The translations under genes were made by a program, and so were the position numbers. The notes under the pieces were generated by a model. The model was given only the letters and a program-made list of their open reading frames with translations, was not told where the DNA came from and did not search any database. A stretch of 64,000 nucleotides of DNA, from assembly GCA_030141605.1 (NCBI GenBank), contig JAQGDQ010000979.1:1-64000 (forward strand), read 5' to 3'. This DNA is from Tubiluchus corallicola (lineage: Eukaryota > Animalia > Priapulida). Below are positions 13,924-26,852 of this stretch, in pieces. Positions within the stretch are counted from its first letter, which is position 1; each line of letters starts with the position of its first letter.

Positions 13924-14568
13924 TAAGTTACTGCCACCGCCTAAACAAAGCAAACGTAAATAGGATTTGTTTCCTTTAACACGCATTATAAAAGTTACCG
14001 TTATTATCATGAATTTTAAAATGTATTTTCTATTAATATGTTGTGTCATTTTGGCTAATTGACTCAAACAGTTCTTGCCAAATGCACAGTTATAGTCAAA
14101 CAAACCGCAAGGATTGTTATTCTAATCATCCTTCATCTGCATAATAACTGCAAACTGAAAAAACAGTATCAGATTTTCACGTCAAACCTGATTGATGGCT
14201 TTAAAACGAGGTTTAGTTTTCGCCAAAAAGAACAACAAAAACGCTGACGTTGAAATTGTTTTCATTGTAATTCAACGCACGACGACGTTTTGCATGAACG
14301 TGCCTCGGCGCGCTGTCATCATTTCAAACGTGTAATGACAGCTGTGAGCTCGAGTTTGGAATTATGCCTAATCCAGCTCAAATCTGATCGTGTAATTCGA
14401 TGTTTTTGTTTTTGTTTCAGACGTGATTTACATTGGGATTACGATCATCTGGTGATTTATCTGTCTCTCTGCGGTGGGCAAAGGATTCGGGTTCTGTAAG
14501 TACACGGCATTTCGTTGCGCATTTTTGTAGATATTGATATTTTTCAACACCTCGGTACCTTCAAAGCC

Positions 14569-14910
14569 TCTATAAAAGTTAACAACTGTTCCTTATATTT
14601 AAATAATTAGCTTAGAAATTTCATTAACGGCAACCGAACACAGCTATTGCTTACATCAAACTAACCTCAGTTTGTATAATGGCAGGCGTCTTGCCTTGCA
14701 CGTCAAACACATTTGCGTGAGTGTTACACTACTGATGTCGCGAAAAATCGGGTCTACATCATATGACGTCAGAAACTAACCTCAGTTTGGGTAATGGCAG
14801 GCGTCTTCCCTTGCACGTCAAGCACATTTGCATGAGTTTTACAGTACTATTTAAACGCGTGATGTCATGAAAAATGGGCTCTACATCATATGATGTCACA
14901 AACTAACCTC
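14569..14910 (-). mobile_element. Kolobok-like family A, internal fragment
   Basis: Reverse complement of the 15170-15528 part of the adjacent full copy. Confidence 0.75.
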
Positions 14911-14945
14911 TCTAATAAGCACTTCACGGCGCAGAGCATGTTTAA

Positions 14946-15596
14946 AGGAAAACCAGATGATTGTGTAAACATTAGTTCAGAATAAAGAATGCTCTAAAAT
15001 ATTGAAAACTGCAAAAGCTTTTTTTAAATCAAAGCTTAGATTAAATAATAATTACCTCGGATACTCAAATTTCGTTAAATTTTGAGCTACGCGCGGCTCA
15101 GTGAATCTGCTAAGACTGGCAACAACGCCTTTTTGTCACATTCGCATGGCTGACATGTAGAAGATGCCTGCCATTACACAAACTGAGGTTAGTTTGTGAC
15201 GTCATATGATGCAGAGTCGATTTTTCGTGACATCACGTGTTTAAACAGTACTGTAACACTGTGTGCTTGACGTGCAAGGGAAGATGCCTGCCATTACACA
15301 AACAGAGGTTAGTTTGTGACGTCATATGATGTAGAGTCGATTTTTCGTCGTGACATCACGTGTTTGAACAGTACTGTAACACTGTGTGCTTGACGTGCAA
15401 GGGAAGATGCCTGCCATTACACAACTGTGGTTAGTTTCTGACGTAAGCAATAGTTGTGTTCGGTTGCCGTTAATTAAATTTCTAAGCTAATTATTCAAAT
15501 ATAAGAAACAACTGCTAACTTTTATAGGCAAGAAAATGTATATTTTGGACAGTAAATTAAAATGAGATGGAGTCTAAACAATCATCCAGTTTTGCT
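14946..15596 (+). mobile_element. Non-autonomous Kolobok-like family A, full copy
   Basis: TTAA(14942-45)-aggaaaaccagatgattg ... caatcatccagttttgct-TTAA(15597-600); ~18-bp TIR; internal ~120-bp tandem repeat. Confidence 0.8.
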
Positions 15597-15737
15597 TTAA
15601 ACTTTGTTACTGTGTCTGATGATGGATACTACTTTCAATAACTTTCCGTAAACGTGCGCTTCTTAAATTAGTTCACACTTTTGTTCATGTAGAAATGTAA
15701 CAGAATTAGTTGTCTAATTGTCACTTCTTACGTAAAA

Positions 15738-16253
15738 ATAATGACGTATCTGGTGGACTTCGTGAGTTTTCGTAATAATGACGTAACTGGTGGACTTCGT
15801 GAGTTTTCGTAATAATGACGTAACTAGTGGACTTCGCGAGTTTTCGTATTAATGACGTAACTGGTGGACTTCGTGACTTTTCGTATTAATGACGTAACTG
15901 GTGGGCTTCGTGAGTTTTCGTAATAATGACTCAACTGGTAGACTTCGTGACTTTTCGTATTAATGACGTAACTGGTGGATTTCGCGAGTTTTCGTAATAA
16001 GGACGTAACTGGTGGACTTCGTGAGTTTTCGTAATAATGACGTAACTGGTGGACTTCGTGAGTTTTCGTAATAATGACGTAACTGGTGGACTTCGCGAGT
16101 TTTCGTAATAATGACGTAACTGGTGGACTTCGTGAGTTTTCGTAATAATGACGTAACTGGTGGACTTCGTGACTTTTCGTATTAATGACGTAACTAGTGG
16201 ACTTCGTGAGTTTTCGTAATAATGACGTAACTGGTAGACTTCGTGAATTTTCG
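15738..16253. repeat. 37-bp minisatellite (gtaataatgacgtaactggtggacttcgtgagttttc), ~14 units
   Basis: Direct tandem units. Confidence 0.95.
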
Positions 16254-16552
16254 TTAAACGCCACCTGCTCAATTAATTCAGACTTTTGCAGCTTAGCCGA
16301 TGTAAAAGCTCGTAATTTACACTTTTTGAAATTGACAGTTTTACTGCTTCTCTTCAGCCAGTCACACCGTCATTGAAGGAAGAATAGACGTTCAAAATGG
16401 CAGCGCTCAAGCGTGAAATGATCGCGACTTTCACAATCATTTTGCTAATTAAACGAGACGCTTATCGCTTTTTTAACATTAAATCCTTTTAACTTTTCTC
16501 GCGAACATTGAAATAATCTTGACTTCACGGAACTACTGGCCTTTCCTTAAAA

Positions 16553-17012
16553 CAGGGGTGTGCAAATTCTCTGACTAGCCTGGCCATATTAAACTTTCCC
16601 GCAATTCCTGCGGGCCACAGGCAGTTTGATCAAGGAGCCAAGTACAGAAGGGCCTAATAATGATTTTTTTGCATCCGACCTGCGTACATCATTACTACTA
16701 CACTCAAGAAACTATTTTAGAAGTTATTAAAATTTATATTACAAAGCACATATTTCTACGTTTAGGACAGATAGTGGTAATTTCATTACAATGCATATTA
16801 GTAATGTGTATCAAACAGTCTGAGTGATATAGTGTTATTAAGCTACAACCGTCTTGTAAGGGGTAATGGTATCCGATCTAGTAGAAAAAACTACCAGCAC
16901 TATCTTTAGGATTGTGGCACGAACTTCAGCTGGATACACTCAATTAATCGCCTGGGCCGCACTTTCATTAGTTTGACAAGTCTCTCGGCGGGCCGCAATT
17001 TGCACACCCCTG
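16553..17012. mobile_element. hAT-superfamily MITE
   Basis: Perfect 16-bp TIR caggggtgtgcaaatt / aatttgcacacccctg; perfect 8-bp TSD ccttaaaa (16545-52, 17013-20). Confidence 0.9.
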
Positions 17013-17809
17013 CCTTAAAACGTGAGAGCAAAATCCCTTTCCCTTCATTACAAACTGTTAAAACTTCGCTTGAAGTGGCGCAAATACAGTGCTTTCATGT
17101 AGTACGAGTTTCACAAACAACTTGTAGTCTGTTAGCACGAACTCTTCGCTGGTGTCAAAGACAGGCAGTTCAACACCCGAGAAGTTACTGCGAAATACCA
17201 GAGCAGAGGTTCGGTTACATTTGATTGCAAGGTCTTTGGTTCGAATCTAGACTGAGACTGACTTTTCACCTTTCCTTTTTTTCTGTTAGTTTTGAGTTCA
17301 AGATTTCGAATAATTATGGGTTCATCAATAAATAACTTTAGATTAAAATTTTGATTACGTAATAATTAATTTTCCTATTCACATTATTAAACAAGGAAAT
17401 TTTTAGTATTTTGAAATTAAAGCCCGAAATCTGTTAGCTGCTAATTTTGTTAATCACGACTGATTTGATGCACTTAATCTTCATTCAAAGACGTTATAAA
17501 ATCACCTAGCCGATTATTTGTAAAAACTTATTATACTTTTGAGGGAAATCGACAGTGCCCTACATTTCTTCAGTCGATGTATGACGTCATTGGTGGAAGA
17601 TTGGACGTTCAAAATGGGAGCGCCTTAGCTTGAAAAGATCAGTGCTTCAAAGAAGTAAAATGTTTCATGAAACCATCAACGACTGACTTTAAAATGAATA
17701 AACTGTTGTGAAATTAATTGATTTTTTACTATTAAATATTTGATTAACTCTGTTTTATTTCAATAAAGGGCTCTATGACGTTGAGTTATACATTGATCCG
17801 CTTAATTAT

Positions 17810-18284
17810 AGCTACGCGCGGCTCAGTGAATCTACTAAGATTTGCAACGGCGCCTTTTTGTCATGTTCACGTGGCCGACATGTAGAAGATGCCTGCCATT
17901 ACACAAACTGAGGTTAGTTTGTGACGTCATATGATGTAGACATCATATGATTTTTCGCGACATCACGCGCTTAAAAAGTACTGTAACACTCATGCAAATG
18001 TGCTTGACTTGCAAGGGAAGATGTCTGCCATTACACAAACTGAGGTTAGTTTGTGACGTCATATGATGTAGACCCGATTTTTCGTGACATCATGCGTTTA
18101 AACAGTAGTGTAACACTCATGCAAATGTGTTTGACGTGCAAGGGAAGACGTCTGACATTACACAAACTGAGGTTAGTTTGTGATGTAAGCAATAGTTGTG
18201 TTCGGTTGCCGTTAATTAACTTTCTAAGCTAATTATTCAAATGTAGGAAACAACTGCTAACTTTTATAGCCAAGAAAATGTATA
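17810..18284 (+). mobile_element. Kolobok-like family A, internal fragment lacking both ends
   Basis: Homologous to 15085-15543. Confidence 0.8.
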
Positions 18285-18398
18285 TAGACAAATGAGGCTA
18301 AGCTATTTAGTCAAAAGAGTCGGTCCTGCGAGGCCGTTGAAGGCCTTGCACTACGTGGCTGTAAAGGGTTTCTTTGCATTTCTTCTCTGACTGTTTAA

Positions 18399-19042
18399 AG
18401 GACAAGAAAAGGGGTATCTGAAGGAGGTTTCAGAAAAATCACCTTAAAGATTATATTACTTTTCAGCAACTTTATGCGTATTTCTTACTCGCATTGAAAG
18501 GAATTTTTGTTTGTTTTCATTTTAAATCTCCCGCAATACTGTTTCACTACGCCACGTAAATCAGGGGAAGAAAAGAAAATGTTAAATTATGACCTAAAAC
18601 TTTCCATGCAAATCTATATTACTTAACATTTCGCTTACCTGCTGGAAAGACTTATGTAACTAGACTAATAATTTAAAATGTTTGTGCCAATTGGTAAAAT
18701 GTCGCTGACTCACCCTCCAGGGTGCGCCACTCACTAGCCAAAAACGTATTTTTAATCTTATTGACAAGATACAGTAATTTAAAATTTTACTTAATTAGCA
18801 ACATGTATGCTACGAATGCTCTGATTATTTTTTCAAACTTTACTTAATGTTATCAAAATTTGTTTCAAACGACACACCATTAAAATGGCTGCGCTAACGG
18901 TCATCGCGGGAGTTTAAATTTACACGTTTTATACAGCGTTACGGCCGATGCAAGCCATGCATACAAAAAGGCAGTATGTAAGTGGTATAAAATTTCGAGA
19001 CGAATTTTTAAGCTTTATGTAAGTGCAGGGTTTTCTTGTGCT
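18399..19042 (+). mobile_element. Kolobok-like family C, copy 2
   Basis: TTAA-aggacaagaaaa ... ttttcttgtgct; reverse complement of 4644-5323. Confidence 0.8.
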
Positions 19043-19356
19043 TTACGAACAATCAAAACATACTATTTTTACTTTGCAGCGTTTCCCCGGAAATCCTGGG
19101 CAATTTGACGTCTCTGCAATTTCTCTCCGCTTTATTTTTCTCCACTTTCGTCGAATGAAATTATTGAGGGATAAAATACAATCAGGGGATATTTTATTGC
19201 CATTTTATGCAATGCGAAAGTGTTATCAACTGCTATACGTAACAGAGTGGAAAATTTGTATTTTCAATTCGTCCTGCTGTCATTTAACAATGTGCTGATC
19301 GGTGTAAGAACACACGTTAAGGATTTGTCATTTATTTCATACATGTTTAGTACATT

Positions 19357-19872
19357 ACAATGGCAGCAATGCCAACAGCAGCAACAATAACAACAATAAC
19401 AGCAACATTAACAACAATAACAGCAACATCAACAATAGCAACAACAACCGCAGCAACAACAGCAAAAAAACAACAATAAGAACAACAAGAACAAGAACAA
19501 CAACAATAACGACAACAACAGCAACATTAACAATCGCAACAACAACCGCAGCAACAACAGTAAAAACAACAATAAGAACAAGAAGAACAAGAACAACAAC
19601 AATAACGACAACAACAGCAACATTAACAATAGCAACAACAATAAGAACAACAAGAACAAGAATAACAACAATAACGACAACAACAGCAACATTAACAATA
19701 GCAACAGCAACCACAGCAACAACACTAAAAACAACAATAAGAACAACAATAACAACAACAACAACAATAACGACAACAACAGCAACATTAACAATAGCAA
19801 CAACAATCACAGCAACAACAACAATAACAGCAATAACAACAGCAACAACACTGATAATGACAATGACAACAG
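19357..19872. repeat. (CAA)n-based compound repeat with internal higher-order blocks
   Basis: Recurring motif aataacgacaacaacagcaacattaacaat. Confidence 0.9.
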
Positions 19873-19879
19873 TGATGTT

Positions 19880-20022
19880 CTGTATTCGGTTGCCGTTAAT
19901 TAACTTTCTAGGGTAATTACTTCAATATTAGAAACAATTACCAACTTTTATAGGCAACAAAAGTATTTGTTTGGGCAGTAAATTAAAATGAGATTAAGTC
20001 TAATCAGTCGTCCGGTTTTCCT
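19880..20022 (+). mobile_element. Kolobok-like family A, right-end fragment
   Basis: ttcggttgccgttaatt...gtccggttttcct matches the family A terminus. Confidence 0.7.
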
Positions 20023-20316
20023 TTAGGTAGTTCGATTTACTTGTTGCCAAATGTGCGCCAAACTAGGCGCCAAATGCAAATTTTGTTTGTGTGCATTTAG
20101 CAGGTTGTTGTCATATTTGTTTATAATAGAAGAAAAGTACACAAAATCGATTTACATGAGTTCCAGGCGTACACGCTCGTGAAATTTCTAAAATGTAGCT
20201 GCTGTTATAGTGTTAGATAAAAGCAAATCCGTCTTAAAATCTTCCCGGTTGTTGAAGATGTTGAAATCGATTTCAATTACAGTATTATGCTCTAACTCTA
20301 AGCGGGAGTCATTCGA

Positions 20317-20525
20317 TCAGTCAGTCAGTCAGTAAGTCAGTCAGGCAGTCAGTCAGTCAGTCAGTCAGTCAATCAGTCACTTAATCAATCGATCAATCAA
20401 TCAATCAGTCGGTCAGTCAATAAGTCAGTCAGTCAGTCAGTTAATCAATCGATTAATTAATCAATCAGTCGGTCAATCAATCAATTAAACAGACAGACAA
20501 GCAGACAATCTATCAGTCAATCAAC
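20317..20525. repeat. (CAGT)n/(CAAT)n tetranucleotide microsatellite
   Basis: Direct runs. Confidence 0.85.
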
Positions 20526-20801
20526 GAATCAAAGAACATACAGATCACAAGTTTTGCCTTTTTATAGAAGAACGTTTTCTTTCTCTCTTTTTGCCCTTTC
20601 GTAAACCAGTTTGTAGAATGTAGACGGACTATTTTCATTCAAAACATGATTGTGACTTAGACCCAATCCCCTGTCATTCTTCGTCGAGGAATCTCATGGC
20701 AGAGGGATTTGCACGGGAATTAGTGTTCTAAAATAAATCGCACGACGACTGCCAAATAAAATAAATTCAAATTGTCTCTATCTGATCGATAATATTGAAT
20801 T

Positions 20802-21073
20802 GAATATGTCTTACATAGACCTGCCTAGTGCACATTCCTGGATATATGATCTTTGGCAACTAGTTCCTACTCATAGAATGCCCTTACAGGAAGAGGAATA
20901 TGTCTTACATAGACCTGCCTAGTGCACATTCCTGGATATATGTAGTTCCTACTCATACAATGCCCTTACAGGAAGAGGAATATGTCTTACATAGACCTGC
21001 CCAGTGCACATTCCTGGATATATGATCTTTGGCAATTCGTTCCTACTCATATAATGCCCTTAAAGGAAGAGGA
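20802..21073. repeat. ~94-bp tandem triplication
   Basis: gaatatgtcttacatagacctgcc at 20802, 20896, 20978. Confidence 0.9.
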
Positions 21074-21751
21074 TTCCTGTTCCAAATTCCTCCGTGACAA
21101 AAAGAACCAATCCGGTATCCTAGTTCCGCTAACTTTTTGGAAAAAAGAACCAAGTTCAGTTCAAAGTTCTTCAGTGTCAAAATAATCAATTCAAGTTTCT
21201 AAAAAGAAACTAGTTCCATTTCCCATTTCTTTGGCAAGAAAAGAACTAATTCCTGCCATGATAAAAGGAACCAATCCAATATCCTAGTTCCTCTAACTTT
21301 TTGGAAAAAGGAACCAAGTCCATTTCAAAGTTTTGGTGTCAGAAGAATCAATTCAAGTTTTTAAAAATAAACTATTTCCATTTCCTATTTCTTTGGTAAG
21401 AAAAGAACTAATTCCTCACTGGATAAAAGGAAAATTCTACGCCAAGTTCCTAGTTACACAAAGTTGTTCAGTGCCAAAGGTGCTAATTCAGTTTGTGGAC
21501 TGTAGTACCATTAAGTTTTTAAAAAAGGACTATTTCTATGTCCCATTTCTCTTGCAAGGAAAAACGAATCCCTTATCAAGGTTCCTCGTGTTGCATAGGA
21601 AAGGATCCCATGTTTCCTACTCCTCTGACTTTTTGGAAAATTGAAGTAACTCAACGTAGTTCCATTAATGTTTTCGGAAATGAACTAATTCCGGCTTGAA
21701 CTTTCATTTTCTTAATAGTATGAAAAGCAGTTTCAGTTCCATGTTCAAAGA

Positions 21752-22012
21752 TCTTGATTAGCCTAGCTGACTTGCCTTACTTATTGCCAGCATTGCCATC
21801 ATTGCCGGTACTTCATGTCCCAAAGGTGGAAATATCACAGGAAGAGTCTACAAGAGCCTTTGCTTCAATTTCGCCTGAAAAGTTCTTGATTAGCCTAGCT
21901 GACTTGCATTACTTATTGCCAGTATTGCCAGCATTGCCGGTACTTCATGTCTCAAAGGTGGAAATATCACAGGAAGCCTCTACAAGAGCCTTTGCTTCAA
22001 TTCCGCCTGAAA
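21752..22012. repeat. 132-bp tandem duplication
   Basis: tcttgattagcctagctgacttgc at 21752 and 21884. Confidence 0.9.
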
Positions 22013-22652
22013 ATCGCCACTTTTATGACTCTTCTCTCGCTGGTTTCTCGCGTAATGCGAAGTAAAACTTGTTTCAGATTTTTGATTGCGATTGATTTTT
22101 CCCCGCACCACTCTTGCCAGACTAATAAATGGCTTCGGTGATGTAAAATCGTGCATATAAACCACGTAGGTAGTACACGAAGCCATACACGAAGCCATAC
22201 ATGACTTCCTGGAAAACTGCAGCCCATTGAAGAAGATAAACCCAACAACGAGCTTTTTATTGCGCATTTAACAAATACGTAAACTTGTCTTGTGGTAAAT
22301 GGGCTAGGAAGATCAACGTGAAGAATGTTCCCTAAAATTTCACCTCCTGTTCATTCATCCAGGACAGGATAGTAAGAGTGGAGAGTTGTATTCCTTATTT
22401 AACGATTTAGCATCTTGCACGGCTTTGTTGTTATCTTTTTTATGTTCATTACCATCATCATCATCATCATCTTCATCACCCTCGGTGTCTTCTTCACCGT
22501 TACCTTTTTTTGGTTTTCTCCATTATCAATCTACTTGCATTTTGCATTCCCTTGTCCTTAATGACTTTGATTTCATCCACATTGATATACTTGAAGTCCT
22601 AAACTCAGTAAAGTTTATAGCGTCGTTAGCATAACCGTTATGGTAGTCAAAA

Positions 22653-23105
22653 TCATCATCATCATCGTCGTCGTCGTCGTCATCGTCATTATCGTCATCA
22701 TCATCATCATCATCACATCATATCAGTGACAAGAGCAGAACCATTACCATCATCATCATTATTGACCTTCAATGTCATCAGCATCGTCATCATCATCATC
22801 ATCATCATCATCATCACCATTATCATCATCGTCATCATTATCATCATCATCATATCAGTTTCAAGAGAAGCAGCATCACCATCATCATCATCATTATTGA
22901 CTTTCAATTTCATCATCGTCATCATCATCATCATCGTCGTTATCGTCATTATTATCGTCATTATCGTCATCATCATCACTATCATCATCATCATCATCAT
23001 CGTATCCGTGACAAGAGAAGCACCGTCACCATCATCATCATTCTTGACCTTCATTGTCATCAGCATCTTCATCATCATCATCATCATTATCGACTTTCAA
23101 TGTCA
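22653..23105. repeat. (ATC)n microsatellite with three copies of a ~50-bp unique core
   Basis: Core caagag(a/c)ag...accatcatcatca tt(a/c)ttgac recurs near 22730, 22862 and 23012. Confidence 0.85.
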
Positions 23106-23165
23106 TCGCTGCTGCTGTTAAAAATAAAAGCATTTCGTGTTATTGCCTAATTGATGTAAACGTTT

Positions 23166-23415
23166 CGTTGCATTGTTTTCGTTGCATTCTTTGTTGCATT
23201 GTTTTTGTTGCATTCTTTGGTGCATTGTTTTTGTTGCGTTGTTTTTGTTGCATTGTTTGTTGCATTGTTTTTGTTGCATTGTTTGTTGCATTGTTTTTGT
23301 TGCATTGTTTATTGCATTGTGTTTGTTGCATTGTGTTTGTTGCATTGTTTTTGTTGCATTGTTTGTTGCATTGTTTTGTTGCACTGTTTTGTTGCATTGT
23401 TTGTTGCATTGTTTT
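23166..23415. repeat. (ttgttgcattgt)n ~12-14-bp minisatellite
   Basis: Direct tandem units. Confidence 0.9.
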
Positions 23416-24380
23416 GATTACAAATCACTTGTTTTGACAAAGATAGCAGAATGGATTGGCAAACTCAGCTACTGAGTGATAAACATTTGTTTTCTTTGAC
23501 CGTTCTAATGGCGCAGATGTAAAATTAATATTGAATTTGCAAATTTAAATGCGATTAATCTCAGTACAGTCATTGGTTCATACACTTTCTCTTTGCCCAA
23601 TTTCCTCTAATGCATTTCTTCAATTGCTCAATAATTCCTTATTATCCGCTAGAGCTGCAGCCCTTCCTAGATGCTCTTCAATGACAGAAATTCTAAAAAC
23701 TCTGACATCCTTTCGTCGGATCTTGTAATTTGCTCGATGACATTTTCTTATTGCACTTTTTCGTGTTCACGTATTTCATGGAGAAATAAATAAAGCGGCC
23801 AGGCAGGCAGTTGAAATAAATAAAGCGGCCAATATGAAGCTTTTAAACTGAAAATGCTGGGAAATTTGTTCAGCGTTTGAAGAAGAATATGCTACTGTAT
23901 GAGAAGCCATTGTGCATCTTGTGTAATTTTTTTTCAGAAATCGATGAAGCATTAAAAATTTTTAGCTTTCCTATAATCAATCAGTGATCGGTGATAAAGT
24001 CATAGGTAAAGAGTTACGATTAATTTTGGATAGAGTTATAGCTAGAGTTAAGTTTGGGGTCGGAGTTGCCTCTTTTTTATTGTGCTTTTTTCGTACGACT
24101 TTTTTTCACGTGACTTTTCTACTTGGATTTAGTCAATCCATTTGCATGCCTCCGTTCTCAATAGGTTCAATTTCTCGGACATACAGAAGACTGAACTGGT
24201 TTAAAGATTTTAGTAATGGCTTCATTATTTGGCTTTAGATGAGCAATATATTAGCTATTTCTTTTAAATTGTAACTGCCTATCTTCATTCTGATTATATG
24301 TATGTTTTTTTAATCTTTCTTAGTTTCATTGAAAAAAGCACTGAGATCTTCGGATGGAGTGTGTCTTTAAAAATAAACTG

Positions 24381-24381
24381 T

Positions 24382-24424
<43 letters not shown>

Positions 24425-24461
24425 CGATGTTGTAACGTTATTGTAATTGATATTGTAATTG

Positions 24462-24492
<31 letters not shown>

Positions 24493-24663
24493 CATTATCA
24501 TTATCATTATCATTATCATTATCATTATCATTATCATTATCATTATCATTATCATTATCATTATCATTATCATTATCATTATCATTATCATTATCATTAT
24601 CATTATCATTATCATTATCATTATCATTATCATTATCATTATCATTATCTTTATTATTATTAT
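24381..24663. repeat. (TTG)n run followed by perfect (ATCATT)n hexanucleotide run
   Basis: Direct runs. Confidence 0.95.
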
Positions 24664-25098
24664 AAAATTAATATATATGATAATAATAAACAGTTTATCA
24701 TCATCATCATCATCATTATCATCATTAGTATTAGTATTATTTTAAGACGATCTGTTAGAAACGAAGCCCTAGTAACAGCAAGGCTGGATTACCCTTCAGC
24801 CTAAGACCCATACTTTGCACTACTTGGCTTCCTGGCACTGCGCCAAGAAGTGTCAAAATGCAATTTTAAAGTGGCTCGTTCTTATCTTATCGTTCTTATA
24901 TAAAGGATATCTCTTTGAGGCCCTTTATTTGAAACATGCGGCCGGTAGCAGGGGACCCACTAGTCTGAGGGGACCCACAATTTCATAAGGTAAGAATCCC
25001 AAAAGGCTATAATCCGGCCACTCGTGTCAAGTAGTCTTCAATGTGCAAGACAGCCGTCATCCACTCAGACTCAAAACCCACGTGGCCCTTTTAAGCGC

Positions 25099-26230
25099 CC
25101 TTGCAAAGCTACGTCCGCCCCGACTGTTATCTTGTGCTTTAAGAAAACTTGCAGAACTACGTCCGCCCCGACTGTTATCTTGTACTTTAAGAACACTTGC
25201 AAAACTACGTCCGCTCCGACAGTTATCTTGTACTTTAAGAACACTTGCAAAGCTACGTCCCCCCCCGACTGTTATCTTGTGCTTTAAGCTCCCTTGCAGA
25301 ACTACGTCCGCCCCGACTGCTATCTTGTACTTTAAGCTCCCTTTCAGAACTACGTCCGCCCCGACTGTTATCTTGTACTTTAAGAACACTTGCAAAGCTA
25401 CGTCCGCCGTGACTGTTATCTTGTACTTTAAGAACACTTGCAGAACTACGTCGACTGCTATCTTGTACTTTAAGAACACTTGCAAAGCTACGTCCGCCCT
25501 GACTGTTATCTTGTACTTTAAGAACACTTGCAGAACTACGTCGACTGCTATCTTGTACTTTAAGAACACTTGCAAAACTACATCCGCCCCGACTGTTATC
25601 TTGTACTTTAAGAACACTTGCAGAACTACGTCGACTGCTATCTTGTACTTTAAGAACACTTGCAAAGCTACGTCCGCCCTGACTGTTATCTTGTACTTTA
25701 AGACCACTTGCAAAGCTACGTCGACTGCTATCTTGTACTTTAAGAACACTTGCAAAGCTACGTCCGCCCTGACTGTTATCTTGTACTTTAAAAACACTTG
25801 CAAAGCTACTTCGACTGCTATATTGTACTTTAAGAACACTTGCAAAGCTACGTCCGCCCTGACTGTTATCTTGTACTTTAAGAACACTTGCAAAGCTACG
25901 TCGACTGCTATCTTGTACTTTAAGGACACTTGCAAAGCTACGTCCGCCCTGACTGTTATCTTGTACTTTAAAAACACTTGCAAAGCTACTTCGACTGCTA
26001 TATTGTACTTTAAGAACACTTGCAAAGCTACGTCCGCCCCGACTGCTATATTGTACTTTAAGACACACTTGCAAAGCTACGTCGACTGTTATCTTGTACT
26101 TTAAGAACACTTGCAAAACTACATCCGCCCCGACTGTTATCTTGTACTTTAAGACACTTGCAAAGCTACGTCGACTGCTATCTTGTACTTTAAGAACACT
26201 TGCAAAACTACATCCGCCCCGACTGCTATA
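25099..26230. repeat. Minisatellite of 48-bp and 42-bp units, alternating as a 90-bp dimer over most of the array
   Basis: gactg(t/c)tatcttgtactttaagaacacttgcaaagctacgtc(cgccct) repeated. Confidence 0.95.
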
Positions 26231-26852
26231 CTATTAAGGCGATATTAAGATTGAAGACGTGCTTTAAGTCAGAGTAAAAGTGCAAATAAGTGACAGGCAT
26301 TCCTTAGATGCTTCTACGCTTTCGTCTTCGACACTTCTAATTCTACATTGTACCGGAGAAGTTCAGTGTCGTTTATTCTCCCCTGTAATTGATTTATTAC
26401 GACTAGAGCTGAGGATATTGGACCCATATCTGTCCTCTTTTCCACGTTTTATTACCGATTCACGAATTGACGACATTCGCCCGTCGTTCGTTGGTTTTTC
26501 TCGTTTGATTTCGCTTCTAGATTAATCCTTCTTCGTCCCATACGTGACCTTTGTGGTGAACAATGAAACGGCACAGGTAGAAATGGCACGGGTAGTAATG
26601 GAATGGTAAATGCAGCACAGGAAACTCTTCAAACAGTCAAGGTCCCACATAACTTGTTTTTTTTTAAAAGCTGGTGCCCTTTTTTCAGTTATAGCTTTGC
26701 CTGAAAAATTGGTACGCCTAGTGGTTCGGAAGTGGTGCTGACAAGCCACTTGCAAGACAGAGTTTAGCTTTCTGTTGGATTACTGGAGGGTAGATTTCTT
26801 GTATTTTACAGTTCTGCCTGCCAAGCGTCTACAATAGACGTAAGCGGCTTAC

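Noticed and set aside
14942-15600. piggyBac classification of the TTAA elements
   Set aside because: Termini are AGG...CCT rather than CC(C/T)...(A/G)GG, which fits Kolobok better.
17200-17260. tRNA gene (ggttcgaatc; a similar motif lies at ~37145 on the minus strand)
   Set aside because: Only a B-box-like motif, with no acceptor stem or cloverleaf; at most a decayed SINE head.
25043-26116. Long ORFs on both strands (353, 322, 287 aa)
   Set aside because: They arise from 48/42-bp units that are multiples of 3 and stop-free; single-base indels break the frames at the edges; no domain signal.
26497-26582. Possible small exon (polypyrimidine-AG ... CAG|GTAGAA)
   Set aside because: All three frames contain stops.
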